From positions 8,432,001 through 8,496,000 of the forward strand of contig NC_081331.1 of NCBI RefSeq assembly GCF_022539665.2: a stretch of 64,000 nt of DNA, read 5' to 3'. The DNA comes from Daphnia carinata. Its lineage: Eukaryota. Below, piece after piece: positions 12,736-25,597 of this stretch; positions within the stretch are counted from its first letter, which is position 1, and every line of letters begins with the position of its first letter. Position numbers and translations under genes: made by a program. A model generated the notes under the pieces. That model was not told where the DNA came from. It did not search any database and was given only the letters and a program-made list of their open reading frames with translations.

Positions 12736-14138
12736 ATTTCCCGACACACGATTGAATATTTAAAACATGTCCTATAATTTATATCTGTAACATTGAACGC
12801 ATGGTGTAAATATAAATTCAATCAACGTAGGAAACGCCTTTAATTTTTACGAAATATTGCACAGGTTTACGCGTTTTGTTTTTATCGACGACCATGCAAA
12901 AATTTATCGGTAACGGGTTTGTGAACTACGGTTAGAATAGACGTTGCTTGTGGAATCGAACGCTACTCTAACTTCCGGCTCTCTACCCCACCATTCCACG
13001 GACATTCCCCGCGTGAGCGATGAATCATTTTATTGTTAGTAAACATTTTTTTTTGTATGAAAAAGCATTTTTTATTCAAAATAATTCAGCTGTATCAATT
13101 ACGTATATCCTGCCATTTCCAACACGTAATTCTATCAAGTTGCTTTGATTCGTGCTTTGATGTGCGTGATTGATTTAAATATAATAAAAATATTTGCGAA
13201 GCTTAACTAACCCAAAAGAGTGGGATTGGTCATCACATCCGTTTTAATCCACCGTGTGGACACCTAATTTCCATTTAGAGTTTATAGCGTTTGCCTTCCA
13301 TGGAACCATCCGGCGCGGTCACAATCCATCGTTATTTTACCTGCCACGACCTTTGCGTCACTCTTTCCAGCCATTCCTAGACCTGCAATTAGAATTAGAT
13401 AATCATTAATAAGGCTACTATATACACGCAGTAACGGCGCTAGCGAACCAACACCGTTACCAAACATAAATTGTCTTATCAAGTCTTTTATACTGTATAA
13501 TAGATGATCTAACTATCACTGATAAAAATCTACAGTTCATTATGGCACATGTTAAATTTAGCAAACAAAATGAACAAAATTGAAAATTTTAATAAATGAA
13601 CTCTATTCTTTACTTCTTTTAAAGTCTTTTAAATAGATTTTTTTCATGCTAGAAATTAATTACATACGAAAAAAAAGCCATAATAGGAAAGTCGGATGGC
13701 CTAATTACGGGTCGGGATTGGATCGTCTCCCGCCGTAAGGTCGGGAAGCTTCTCCTCGGTCGTCACTAGGTGGCACGTGACTAGCACGCATAACTAAACC
13801 GTTCAATTCCTGTAATTGTGCCGGTCTTGCAACGTTGGCAATATTATCAGAGAAAACGTGATTAGTAGCTTAGTTGATGTAATTGGTGTAAAACCGGTCA
13901 CCTTCGTCGCTTTGTTTTCGACGAATGGCAATGGCAGAAACCAGTGGTAACGAAGGTAACAACTGCCCTGGCTACGACATAAAGAAGTTCCATTCGTATA
14001 AGGAAACATTTGTTTTACTACTACTCAGATCATTGCCTTTTACGGAAATCAAAACATACTTTGCGTTTATATCTCATCAATAAATTACATTTGGATGGCT
14101 CACGCCCTTCAATTTTCACGGAGGAAAGAGTGTACAAC

Positions 14139-14939
14139 TTAGTAACCAGGTCCAGTGCGCGAATAAGGGAGAGCAGGGGCAACTGGGAGTTCGTATTCGT
14201 GAACGGGAGCAACTGGGAGCTCGTATTCGTGAACGGGGGCTACAGGCAAATGGTCACCTTTGGGCTGGAATCCGGCATCATCAGCGGTCCAGGTCAAAGT
14301 GAATTTCTCACCCTCAGGAGACACCCAGTAGGAAGATCCTTTGTTGGTATTTCCTAGGACTTCACCGTACGATTCTTTTCCGTAAGAGTCGTAGGTGACT
14401 CCTTGCATCTTCTTCTGGACCTGAGACTCTTCACGGGTGGTGTAGTCAGACTGGGCATAGCTGTGAGTTGGAATAATTATTTATTTTAAAATGTGATTAT
14501 CTTTAAATCTTGAATTAATGAATATAAAAAATAAACTTACCTCCACTGGCTGCTGCCATCGAGGTTGCGCTCATCAGATTGGCTGGTGATCGTAATGTCA
14601 GCGTATTTGTTATCCTTGTTGTAGGCTGGTGCGGAGTAGGCAGGTGCGGAGTAGGCTGGTGCGGAGTAGGCAGGTGCGGAGTAGGCTGGAGCGGAGTAGG
14701 CTGGAACAGAGTAGGCTGGGGCAGAGTAGGCTGGAGCGGGGTAGGCTGGTGCTGGGTACTTTGGTGCAGGGTAGCTTGGTGCAGAGTAGCTTGGAGCTTT
14801 GTACTCCGGCTTGTAGCTGGATGGAACAGCGGCAGCGATGGCCAAGAAAGCGGCGATGATGATCTACGAAAAGAAATTGATAAGCAATGAAACTGTTAAG
14901 TGATAAAATCAAAAATAAAATGCCGTTTACAAGTTTCAT
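14139..14939 (-). CDS. Cuticular protein, R&R (RR-1-like), gene B; exons 14939-14931, 14863-14541, 14460-14139
   Basis: MKL|IIIAAFLAIAAA signal peptide, YSAPA repeats, GSSYWVSPEGEKFTLTWTADDAGFQP, VAPVHEYELP repeats; GT-AG introns in the same positions as gene A. Confidence 0.92.
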
Positions 14940-15540
14940 GTTGACTGCTGTTGAGGAGTTGAACAACTGATGGCTTCAATTACTTTCAGTCAGGCATAAA
15001 TAGCGGAGAAAAATATTGGCTGTGTTCGTTTTCTATTTCATTTCCTTTCTTGACCTAGTTCTGAAAGCGATGAGCATCGCCCTTTGGTGGTTAACTATGC
15101 TTCACATTCCAGGCCATGGCTATTGCAATGCAGTGATTGCATTCGGTAAATAGCACCAAAAGATAATATGCTTGTCCCAATAATTCAGCAACATTGTCAT
15201 CTAAAACTTGTATTCATAGAATTGAACATACAGTCGTCCTTATTCGTGATTCACGCTACCATACGTTTGTGCTGGAGTAGCAAGGTACTCAGCTAAAGAT
15301 GCTCAGAAGTTGTTATCCCTAACTACAAGTTGGTTTTTCTAAAACAATTCTGTAATGTGGCTGATGTGAAAAGTGAGAGTGCTCTATTCTTGAACAACGC
15401 CCAAGTCTAGTTGCTTGAATGAAATCTGGCTGCCAGAACAACTAGGTCAATCGAATGTAATTTAACATTCACTTGACTATATAAGACCAGAAATGGAGAA
15501 CCATATGCATCAATTGTTCATCAAATCAACCTAGTCCAAC
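14940..15540. promoter_or_regulatory. Shared divergent promoter of cuticle genes B and A, with two AACTAGGTCA nuclear-receptor half-sites
   Basis: TATATAA at ~15478 (+) and TATTTAT at ~14996-15002 (-). AACTAGGTCA at 15440-15449 (+) and 15051-15060 (-). Repeated at 24997-25597 and inverted at 4017-4537. Confidence 0.65.
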
Positions 15541-16319
15541 ATGAAACTTGTAAGGCAATTAATTCTTCATTATTTCCGATTACAATAAAATATTTATGAG
15601 TTTTAATTAACGACGATACTTTGCCGCCAGTTCTTCGTCGCCACTTTCTTGGCTGTGGCTGCCGCTGTTCCATCCAGCTACAAGCCGGAATACAAAGCTC
15701 CCAGCTATCCTGCGCCAAGCTACCCTGCACCAAAGTACCCTGCACCAGCCTACTCCACACCAGCCTACCCAGCACCAGCCTACCCAGCACCAGCCTACCC
15801 AGCACCAGCCTACCCTACTCCCAGCTACAACAAGGATAACAAATACGCCGACATCACCATCACCAGCCAATCCGATGAGCGCAACATCGATGGCAGCAGC
15901 CAGTGGAGGTTAATCAAATTTCATACTTTATGCTCATTAATTTAAGAATTAAAGAAACTCATTCGAAAAATTCAATCATTTCAATCCACAGCTATGCCCA
16001 GTCAGACTACACCACCCGCGAAGAATCTCAGGTACAGAAGAAGATACAAGGAGTCATCTACGATTCTTACGGGAAAGAATCGTACGGTGAAGTCTTCGGC
16101 AACACCAACAAGGGATCTTCCTACTGGATCTCCCCCGAAGGCGACAAGTTCACTTTGACCTGGGCTGCCGATGAGGCTGGTTTCCAACCCAAAGGAGATC
16201 ACTTGCCCGTCGCTCCCGTCCACGAATACGAACTCCCAGTCGCTCCCGTCCATGAATATGAGCTCCCAGTTGCTCCCGTTCACATCCCCTTCAATGGAAA
16301 GGGTTACAAGATCTACTAG
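15541..16319 (+). CDS. Cuticular protein, R&R (RR-1-like), gene A; exons 15541-15549, 15631-15908, 15992-16319 (204 aa)
   Basis: The spliced frame is open (9+278+328 nt) and encodes a signal peptide, YPAPA repeats, the R&R consensus and VAPVHEYELP repeats. Confidence 0.93.
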
Positions 16320-18843
16320 ATTTCCCGACACGCGATTGAATATTAAAAACATGTCCTATAATTTATGTCTGTATATCGAACGCTTGGTGTAAATATCAAT
16401 GCAATCAACGCAAGAAAACGCCTTTTATTTCTACAAAGTATTGCACAGCTTTACACGTTTGTTTCTATAGATGGCCATGCAAATATTTGTCGTAACGAGC
16501 TTGTGCACGTCGTTTATGGAATCGCACACTACTCTAATTCTTTCGGCTCGGTGAACTTTCTTTTAGCGACAACTATAAAATTATTAAAACAACCATAAAA
16601 AAACATTTATGTTCAACTTACCAGTAACGTAAGAAAAAGAGTGGGTTTGGTCTCCATATCCGCATTAATCCACCGTTTATAATTCATGTGGACACCTAAT
16701 TTCCATTTAGAGTTTATGGCGTTTCCCTTCCATGTAATCAGCTAGTGTGGTCACAATCCATCGTTGTTCAAACTGCCGCGACCTTTGCGTCACTCTTTTC
16801 AGCCATTCCCAGACCTGCAATTAGATAAACATTCATTAGTAACGCACATATACGCAGTAACGGCGCTAGCGAACCAACACCGTTACCAAACATAAATTGT
16901 CTTATCAAGTCTTTTATACTGTAAAATAGATGATCTAACTATCACTGATAAAAGGCTACAGTTCATTATGGCACATGTTAAATTTAGCAAACAAAATGAA
17001 CAAAATTAAAAATTTTAATAAATGAACTTTAGTTTTTACTTCTTTTAATGTCTTTTAAAAAGATTTTTTTTCATGCTAGAAATTAATTACATGCGAAAAA
17101 AAGCCATAATAGAAAAGTCGGATGGTCTAATTACGGGTCGGGATTGGATTGTCTCCCGCCGTAAGACCGGGAAGCTTCTCCTCGGTCACGACAGTTAATA
17201 TTTGTTAATTTGTAATATAAAATGATTGCCATAAAAACATTGTCAATATAAAAAAAAAATTCGTTTCAACAAAAAATAAACTCCGTCCGTCAAATTGTAT
17301 ATTTAAATAATCATGTGATGATTTGAACATGTCGTCATATGATGCAGGAAATTCGTGGTGTTTCGGTTATGAGTACCGTACATTCTTAATCCATACACAG
17401 CACGTCTTGAGTTAGGTATCGCGTTTCAAATGTAGCAAGTAGCTCGTAATAATGGAGAGATTTTATTCCTATATCTAGGTGAAGTAAAAAAGCAATCGGG
17501 TGACCTTCTTTCGAATATTATTCAGTTGATTTTTTGTTCGTGCTTTTTTATTCATGTTTAGAGCAGAGCTGAGCTGCCCTAAAATCGGATATGAAGCTTA
17601 GGTTTGACAGTAAATATTCTTAATTTACTCGTTGATTTCATTTTATAATGCAATTTTAATGTTTTAGGGAATTGGATGTTCTAGTTCATTTGATCTAACT
17701 TCAAACGTGGGCACGAGTGATAGTTTTGGAAAAGAGGATGTTATTCTTAAGTAAAAGCGTACACAAAACAATGAAACTTCAAACGTCGACGACTTGTTTC
17801 GTTTAACCCTTCATGCTTTGATGACTGGTGATACTCAGAAAATAACTGAAAACTCATTGCTCGGCGAAGGAGCTCTTGAACGGTGCAACGTAGAAGAGTT
17901 GGGGCGCCGTGATGGCTTTTAAAGGTGGATCCATTCTCTGGAGTACTGAATGAAGGTGCCGATCCGTGGTCATGATGACAGCCGCCGGTGCTGTCCTGGT
18001 CGACGAACAGCCGAGACAGTGATGGCAGATGACGTGCACGAAATTAGACACAACTATATTTACGGAGACGGACATGGTTGTGTTGATTTTTTTCTTGTAT
18101 TTCGATTCTGTTACTCTCGTTGGCGACCATCAGCAGAGAGTAGATGACGAGTTGGCCGCCAAGAAACAGTCCCCGCCTCATAAAGTCGACCAATCGAGAA
18201 GAATTAGGGAAGCATAGAAGATGTTCTTTTGCAGGACGAGTAGTTCGTTAAAAAGGTTTGAATGGAACGAGATGAACGGCTCAGGCCTGGGAAAAGAGAA
18301 GCGCCGTTCTACTGTGAAAGCTCACGACTTTTTCCGAACGAGCTTCGTAGGTAACTGAAAACAGTCGGACATTTGTATGTTTTGCATGGTATTGCGTAAG
18401 TAGACGTTTGCATCGGCAAATGTTAATATAACACAGTCTCTTTTCTGATATTGAACGTCTGCTATGAGCGCAGCTTCTCTCAGTCTATCGCCAAATGGTT
18501 TTCAACGAAAGCCTCAGTCGACTTAATCATTTCAAGTTGACTTTGTTCGTGCAATTGGCGTTGGCACGTTTTCGCCATCGCTTTGGCATTTTGACCTCAT
18601 ATTCTTTCCTAAACATAATCTTAAAAAATCAACACGGAGTTTCTTTCATCGTTGTGCACAATTCAATTGCGTTCTTTTTTTTAAGTAGTGGCGAAGGCTA
18701 ACGCAGGTGTCCAATGTGATGGAAAAAAGGAATATAATTCCGAGTAGGCCTACTAACATCTTTGATGAGGTAACGAACGTGTTATGCAGGGTCAAACAAA
18801 AAAAAATTCATTTCGGAACCAAGTGGTTCGAAATGATAATATA

Positions 18844-20213
18844 CAAATGTACGTGGCTTTGTCGCTAATGGATTTTTTCTCTTTCATTTTTCCCTTTTCG
18901 TTTGACTAATTACGTTGTTGTCAAGAGAACCGCTTGGCAACGTCAGTCACGTCGTCCTTGCATCTGCCAAGATTCTACGTGATTGTGGCTAATTTGGTAA
19001 CACGCAAGAAAAAACGCGGTACAACCGATCGATGTGATGGAGTGCCTTTGAATGTCGCAGAAATGACAGACCCATTTCCGCCATTCTTCCTTCCCTCGTC
19101 AACCTTATACTACTAGTATTAAGCATGACGATACCGGACCTTAAATAAATTTGATTACGCGTTTCCTTTTTTTTTTTCTATGACTTATTTCAATGAATCG
19201 TTTCCCCAGCCAAGGCATCCAGACCTCCATTCTTGTTTCTATTTCGGCCCAAATCAAAATTATCCCCTTTCTGACAAACTATTCGACAGTGTTTGACCTT
19301 TCAAATGTACGTGGCTTTGTCGCTAATAGATTTTTTCTCTTTCATTTTTCCCTTTTCGTTTGACTAATTACGTTGTTGTCAAGAGAACCGCTTGGCAACG
19401 TCAGTCACGTCGTCCTTGCATCTGCCAAGATTCTACGTGATTGTGGCCAATTTGGTAACACGCAAGAAATAACGCGGTACAACCGATCAGACTTGCCGCG
19501 CCGATCAATTTTCCGATCGCGATCTCCGATCCGATCTTTTTAGTTTGATCGGATCGGGCGATCCGTTCAAACTGCGAAAGATCGGATCGGCGATCAAATT
19601 TTGCCGATCATTTTTAGCGATCATTTTTGTGCAGCATCTAACGGTAAAAATTTACACTGTTTCGCGAAAATAGCATTGGCTGTTACAGCGACAGTCACTG
19701 GCGGCCATTGAGGGTGAACACTAAACAGTTTCCTTCAATTGACATTCGCAAAAATAGCAGTGAAATAGAACCCTGCGGCTGAAAATCTACAGCTAGATGG
19801 CGAAAAGTTTGATCGCTAAAAACGATCGGATCGCGATCAATTTTTTGGGATCGCCGATCCGATCTCCGATCTTTTTCAAAAGATCGGAACGGCGATCAAT
19901 TTTTGATCGCGATCGCGGCAAGTCTGCAACCGATCGATGTGATGGTTTTCTTGCAGTGCCTTTGAATGTCGCAGAAATGACAGACCCATTTCCGCCATTC
20001 TTCCTTCCCTCGTCAACCTTATACTACTAGTATTAAGCATGATGATACCGGACCTTAAATAAATTTGATTACGCGTTTCCTTTTTTTTTTCTATGACTTA
20101 TTTCAATGAATCGTTTCCCCAGCCAAGTCATCCAGACCTCCATTCTTGTTTCTATTTCGGCCCAAATCAACATTATCCCCTTTCTGACAAACTATTCGAC
20201 AGTGTTTAACCTT
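18844..20213 (+). repeat. Local ~460-bp tandem duplication (18844-19301 and 19302-20213, the second copy containing a MITE)
   Basis: CAAATGTACGTGGCTTTGTCGC...GACAGTGTTT(G/A)ACCTT occurs twice in this unit but once in the other units. Confidence 0.9.
19488..19926. mobile_element. hAT-type MITE, 439 bp
   Basis: Perfect 13-bp TIR CAGACTTGCCGCG / CGCGGCAAGTCTG. 8-bp TSD CAACCGAT (19480-19487, 19927-19934). Dense subterminal CCGATC/GATCGG motifs. Empty site present in the other copies. Confidence 0.95.
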
Positions 20214-21717
20214 TCTACTTTTTTATTACCATGTAGACTTCAGCAATATCGAGCAATCCTATCGAAAGAGATCCGTCAAAAATTCATTGATTCGCTTAAC
20301 AACTAAACAGAAAGGAAGCGTGAATTAGCAATCACGTGGCTTCCACAGTTTCAAGGCCTGGCGGGGATTTTTCAGCACCCTAACGTCGACGTTAGGGTCC
20401 TGACGTTATGTCGTGCTACTACATGGTGAGTGAGAGAGGCATGCCGCAAACTGATGGAACACTGCGGCGTTCCAAGCATGTGAAGACAGTAGTTGTGTGG
20501 ATGCTTCCCTCACCCACCATCTATTAGCGCGATACGAAATGGCTGCCTTTACATTTGGCAACGGTTCAGGACACTTCTGTATCCCTGTTAGTTTAATGCG
20601 CTTTAAAGTTTTATGTTTTATTAAATGGAAGTAATTTCCGTAAGACTGTGTTTCAAGAATTGTTCGTTTTCGTGTTCCATATTTTGTCATTTCAATGATG
20701 GCCCAAACAGCAATTAAAGTCAGATCGCACATATGCCTAGATCAATGCATTACAATTTTCAGCCAGAAGGCAAATATTTTTTGTTTAAAGCTTGGAATGA
20801 ATTCAAAATATTTTTTACGATGCAAAGAACAATACAAATTTTGGTACGCAAAACAAGTAAAAATTGGATGAGCTGCCGTAACCATTAAGAGTGAAGAACA
20901 AAGTCCGTTGATTGTTGGTCAAGGTGTCCATTAGGATTCATAAGAATTGCATAAAATACGTGTCCGCATTTCATATCCGACGCTTAAATCAACAAGGAAT
21001 CAACCACGCCCATTTGGCAGTCTCTTACGAATACCTGAGAATCCCCCCATCTCTCCCATCCCAGTACGTTTTCATCTTTACAGAACACCGTAGCAGAAAC
21101 GAGTGCCAGTCTGCATCAGCCGACAGGTAACCAGTAAACCCTATACTTTTATGTATGTTTTGCAATTTCGAGACCTATCCTCGTAAACAACTGATTACAA
21201 AGAAATAATCGAGAAAGGATAGAACGAACAAGAACTTTACGACACGTAATTTTTTGACGTAGTCCAGTAAGTGACACACGGTTCATGCGTCCATGGCGCA
21301 GCTGAAACATTGTGCCCCTAGCACGTGCGTTAATGCAACGCACGCAAGTACCCAAGTCGACCAGAACATTGAGCCAGGTTTTACGTGGTCATTATAATAT
21401 TTGGACGTTGAGCTCGACGGTATGTAGCACAACCACCTACCAAATGAGTTCGTGTATCTATTGCAAAGATTTCATATTACACAGGCTGTATTCGTATGCC
21501 GCATTTCATCCCGGAGCTGGATCGCACACCTCACACAGGTGTTGCCTTATTCCATGCAATGTTTTGATGCATCACCGGCTTTCGCTCGTTAGTAGCGCCA
21601 CACGTTTCATAAAGGTGACTGCGCACACTAACAGGGTTTTGTACGCACTCTTTTCTATCAGTGGCTCTCGGTCTGTGCGTCACTTCTTTTGAATCAAAAT
21701 CTGTATATAAAACGGAG

Positions 21718-21939
21718 GACGCTGCACCTGCCCCAGTCAAGGTGGAGCATAACTTCCCTGGTCGCATTTCGGCACCTGCCCATGCACCAGTTGTTGTTGC
21801 AGCTCGTACTCCCGTTCAGGTTAAGATCTCCGTCGAGTTCGACTTCCCTGCTCCCATCTCCGCACCAGCTCCCACTCCCATCGTAGCTGTTGCACCAGAT
21901 ATTGTTGCTGCGAACAGTTCAACTAACGGCAAAATCTAA
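21718..21939 (+). pseudogene. Second, internally shorter copy of the APAPV-rich cuticle-like fragment
   Basis: Matches 11660-11880; about 93 bp between two ACGCTGC repeats is missing. Confidence 0.55.
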
Positions 21940-22488
21940 TATTTCATTGAATCTTCTGCGCAAAAGCCACCTAGCAGTAGATCGAAGAGAATAATGAAAC
22001 CTTTAGTAGCCGGGATTTGCGAACGTTCTATTATTTTCGGCACACGATTACCCCTACACGTCCCACTATTAAAATGTATTACATATACGTAATTATTTAT
22101 TCAATTTGAAAACTATTAAGATAAATAGGGAACTGAATGAACAAAGCATAAATTTCATTTGTTCTTTTTATCACTGCGTTCGTTTTTGTAATCGAAATAA
22201 AGTATTTTCGTTCCATTGAAACGATTCAAAACTAAACTAGGATACTGGGATCAAACACTTTACTAATGGAAGAAACTATAGGTGTCCCCGTCGATTATAA
22301 AATGTAGATTAAATTTAATACGGATACGACATACAAGCCCACTCTTTTCTCGCGTGATTTTAGATTGCCTTTGATTCATATTAACATGTATTTTTTGTAC
22401 CGATAATACAAGAGATGTCAGCGCATTCCGTACATGAATTTACATAATGTATTCAGTCAGGATTTTAATAATTTTGTATATCTTATAG

Positions 22489-22794
22489 CCTTCGGACAAC
22501 ATACAAGTCAGAATACACCATCAGCGAAGAGTCTCAGGCCCAGACGAAGATGGAAGGAGTCACCTACAATTCTTATGGAAAAGAATCGTACGGTGAAGCC
22601 CTAGGCAACACCAACAAAGGTTCCTCCTAATGGGTTTCACCTGAAGGCGAGAAGTTCACTTAGACCTGGGCTGCTGGCGTAGCTGGATTCCAGCCCAAAA
22701 GAGATTACTGCCTGTCGCTCCTGTCCATGAATACGAACTGCCAGTCGCTCCCGTTCACACCGCCTTTAACGGAAAGAGTTATAGGATTTACTAG
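22489..22794 (+). pseudogene. Cuticular protein exon-3 pseudogene, second copy
   Basis: Same lesions as 12430-12735. Confidence 0.85.
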
Positions 22795-24180
22795 ATTTCC
22801 CGACACACGATTGAATATTTAAAACATGTCCTATAATTTATATCTGTAGCATTGAACGCATGGTGTAAATATAAATTCAATCAACGTAGGAAACGCCTTT
22901 TAATTTTTACGAAATATTGCACAGGTTTACGCGTTTTGTTTTTATCGACGACCATGCAAAAATTTATCGGTAACGGGTTTGTGAACTACGGTTAGAATAG
23001 ACGTTGCTTGTGGAATCGAACGCTACTCTAACTTCCGGCTCTCTACCCCACCATTCCACGGACATTCCCCGCGTGAGCGATGAATCATTTTATTGTTAGT
23101 AAACATTTTTTTTTGTATGAAAAAGCATTTTTTATTCAAAATAATTCAGCTGTATCAATTACGTATATCCTGCCATTTCCAACACGTAATTCTATCAAGT
23201 TGCTTTGATTCGTGCTTTGATGTGCGTGATTGATTTAAATATAATAAAAATATTTGCGAAGCTTAACTAACCCAAAAGAGTGGGATTGGTCATCACATCC
23301 GTTTTAATCCACCGTGTGGACACCTAATTTCCATTTAGAGTTTATAGCGTTTGCCTTCCATGGAACCATCCGGCGCGGTCACAATCCATCGTTATTTTAC
23401 CTGCCACGACCTTTGCGTCACTCTTTCCAGCCATTCCTAGACCTGCAATTAGAATTAGATAATCATTAATAAGGCTACTATATACACGCAGTAACGGCGC
23501 TAGCGAACCAACACCGTTACCAAACATAAATTGTCTTATCAAGTCTTTTATACTGTATAATAGATGATCTAACTATCACTGATAAAAATCTACAGTTCAT
23601 TATGGCACATGTTAAATTTAGCAAACAAAATGAACAAAATTGAAAATTTTAATAAATGAACTTTATTCTTTACTTCTTTTAATGTCTTTTAAATAGATTT
23701 TTTTCATGCTAGAAATTAATTACATACGAAAAAAAAGCCATAATAGGAAAGTCGGATGGCCTAATCGTCTCCCGCCGTAAGGTCGGGAAGCTTCTCCTCG
23801 GTCGTCACTAGGTGGCACGTGACTAGCACGCATAACTAAACCGTTCAATTCCTGTAATTGTGCCGGTCTTGCAACGTTGGCAATATTATCAGAGAAAACG
23901 TGATTAGTAGCTTAGTTGATGTAATTGGTGTAAAACCGGTCACCTTCGTCGCTTTGTTTTCGACGAATGGCAATGGCAGAAACCAGTGGTAACGAAGGTA
24001 ACAACTGCCCTGGCTACGACATAAAGAAGTTCCATTCGTATAAGGAAACATTTGTTTTACTACTACTCAGATCATTGCCTTTTACGGAAATCAAAACATA
24101 CTTTGCGTTTATATCTCATCAATAAATTACATTTGGATGGCTCACGCCCTTCAATTTTCACGGAGGAAAGAGTGTACAAC

Positions 24181-24996
24181 TTAGTAACCAGGTCCAGTGC
24201 GCGAATAAGGGAGAGCAGGGGCAACTGGGAGTTCGTATTCGTGAACGGGAGCAACTGGGAGCTCGTATTCGTGAACGGGGGCTACAGGCAAATGGTCACC
24301 TTTGGGCTGGAATCCGGCATCATCAGCGGTCCAGGTCAAAGTGAATTTCTCACCCTCAGGAGACACCCAGTAGGAAGATCCTTTGTTGGTATTTCCTAGG
24401 ACTTCACCGTACGATTCTTTTCCGTAAGAGTCGTAGGTGACTCCTTGCATCTTCTTCTGGACCTGAGACTCTTCACGGGTGGTGTAGTCAGACTGGGCAT
24501 AGCTGTGAGTTGGAATAATTATTTATTTTAAAATGTGATTATCTTTAAATCTTGAATTAATGAATATAAAAAATAAATTTACCTCCACTGGCTACTGCCA
24601 TCGAGGTTGCGGACATCGGACTGGCTGGTGATCGTAATGTCAGCGTATTTGTTATCCTTGTTGTAGGCTGGTGCGGAGTAGGCTGGTGCGGAGTAGGCTG
24701 GTACGGAGTAGGCTGGTGCGGAGTAGGCTGGTACGGAGTAGGCTGGTGCGGAGTAGGCTGGTGCAGAGTAGGCTGGTGCGGGGTAGGCTGGTGCGGGGTA
24801 GGCTGGTGCTGGGTACTTTGGTGCAGGGTAGCTTGGTGCAGAGTAACTTGGAGCTTTGTACTCCGGCTTGTAGCTGGATGGAACAGCGGCAGCGATGGCC
24901 AAGAAAGCGGCGATGATGATCTACGAAAAGAAATTGATAAGCAATGAAACTGTTAAGTGATAAAATCAAAAATAAAATGCCGTTTACAAGTTTCAT
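24181..24996 (-). CDS. Cuticular protein gene B, second copy (one extra 5-aa repeat)
   Basis: Same exon structure as 14139-14939. Exon 2 is 15 nt longer and has SDER->SDVR. Confidence 0.9.
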
Positions 24997-25597
24997 GTTG
25001 ACTGCTGTTGAGGAGTTGAACAACTGATGGCTTCAATTACTTTCAGTCAGGCATAAATAGCGGAGAAAAATATTGGCTGTGTTCGTTTTCTATTTCATTT
25101 CCTTTCTTGACCTAGTTCTGAAAGCGATGAGCATCGCCCTTTGGTGGTTAACTATGCTTCACATTCCAGGCCATGGCTATTGCAATGCAGTGATTGCATT
25201 CGGTAAATAGCACCAAAAGATAATATGCTTGTCCCAATAATTCAGCAACATTGTCATCTAAAACTTGTATTCATAGAATTGAACATACAGTCGTCCTTAT
25301 TCGTGATTCACGCTACCATACGTTTGTGCTGGAGTAGCAAGGTACTCAGTTAAAGATGCTCAGAAGTTGTTATCCCTAACTACAAGTTGGTTTTTCTAAA
25401 ACAATTCTGTAATGTGGCTGATGTGAAAAGTGAGAGTGCTCTATTCTTGAACAACGCCCAAGTCTAGTTGCTTGAATGAAATCTGGCTGCCAGAACAACT
25501 AGGTCAATCGAATGTAATTTAACATTCACTTGACTATATAAGACCAGAAATGGAGAACCATATGCATCAATTGTTCATCAAATCAACCTAGTCCAAC

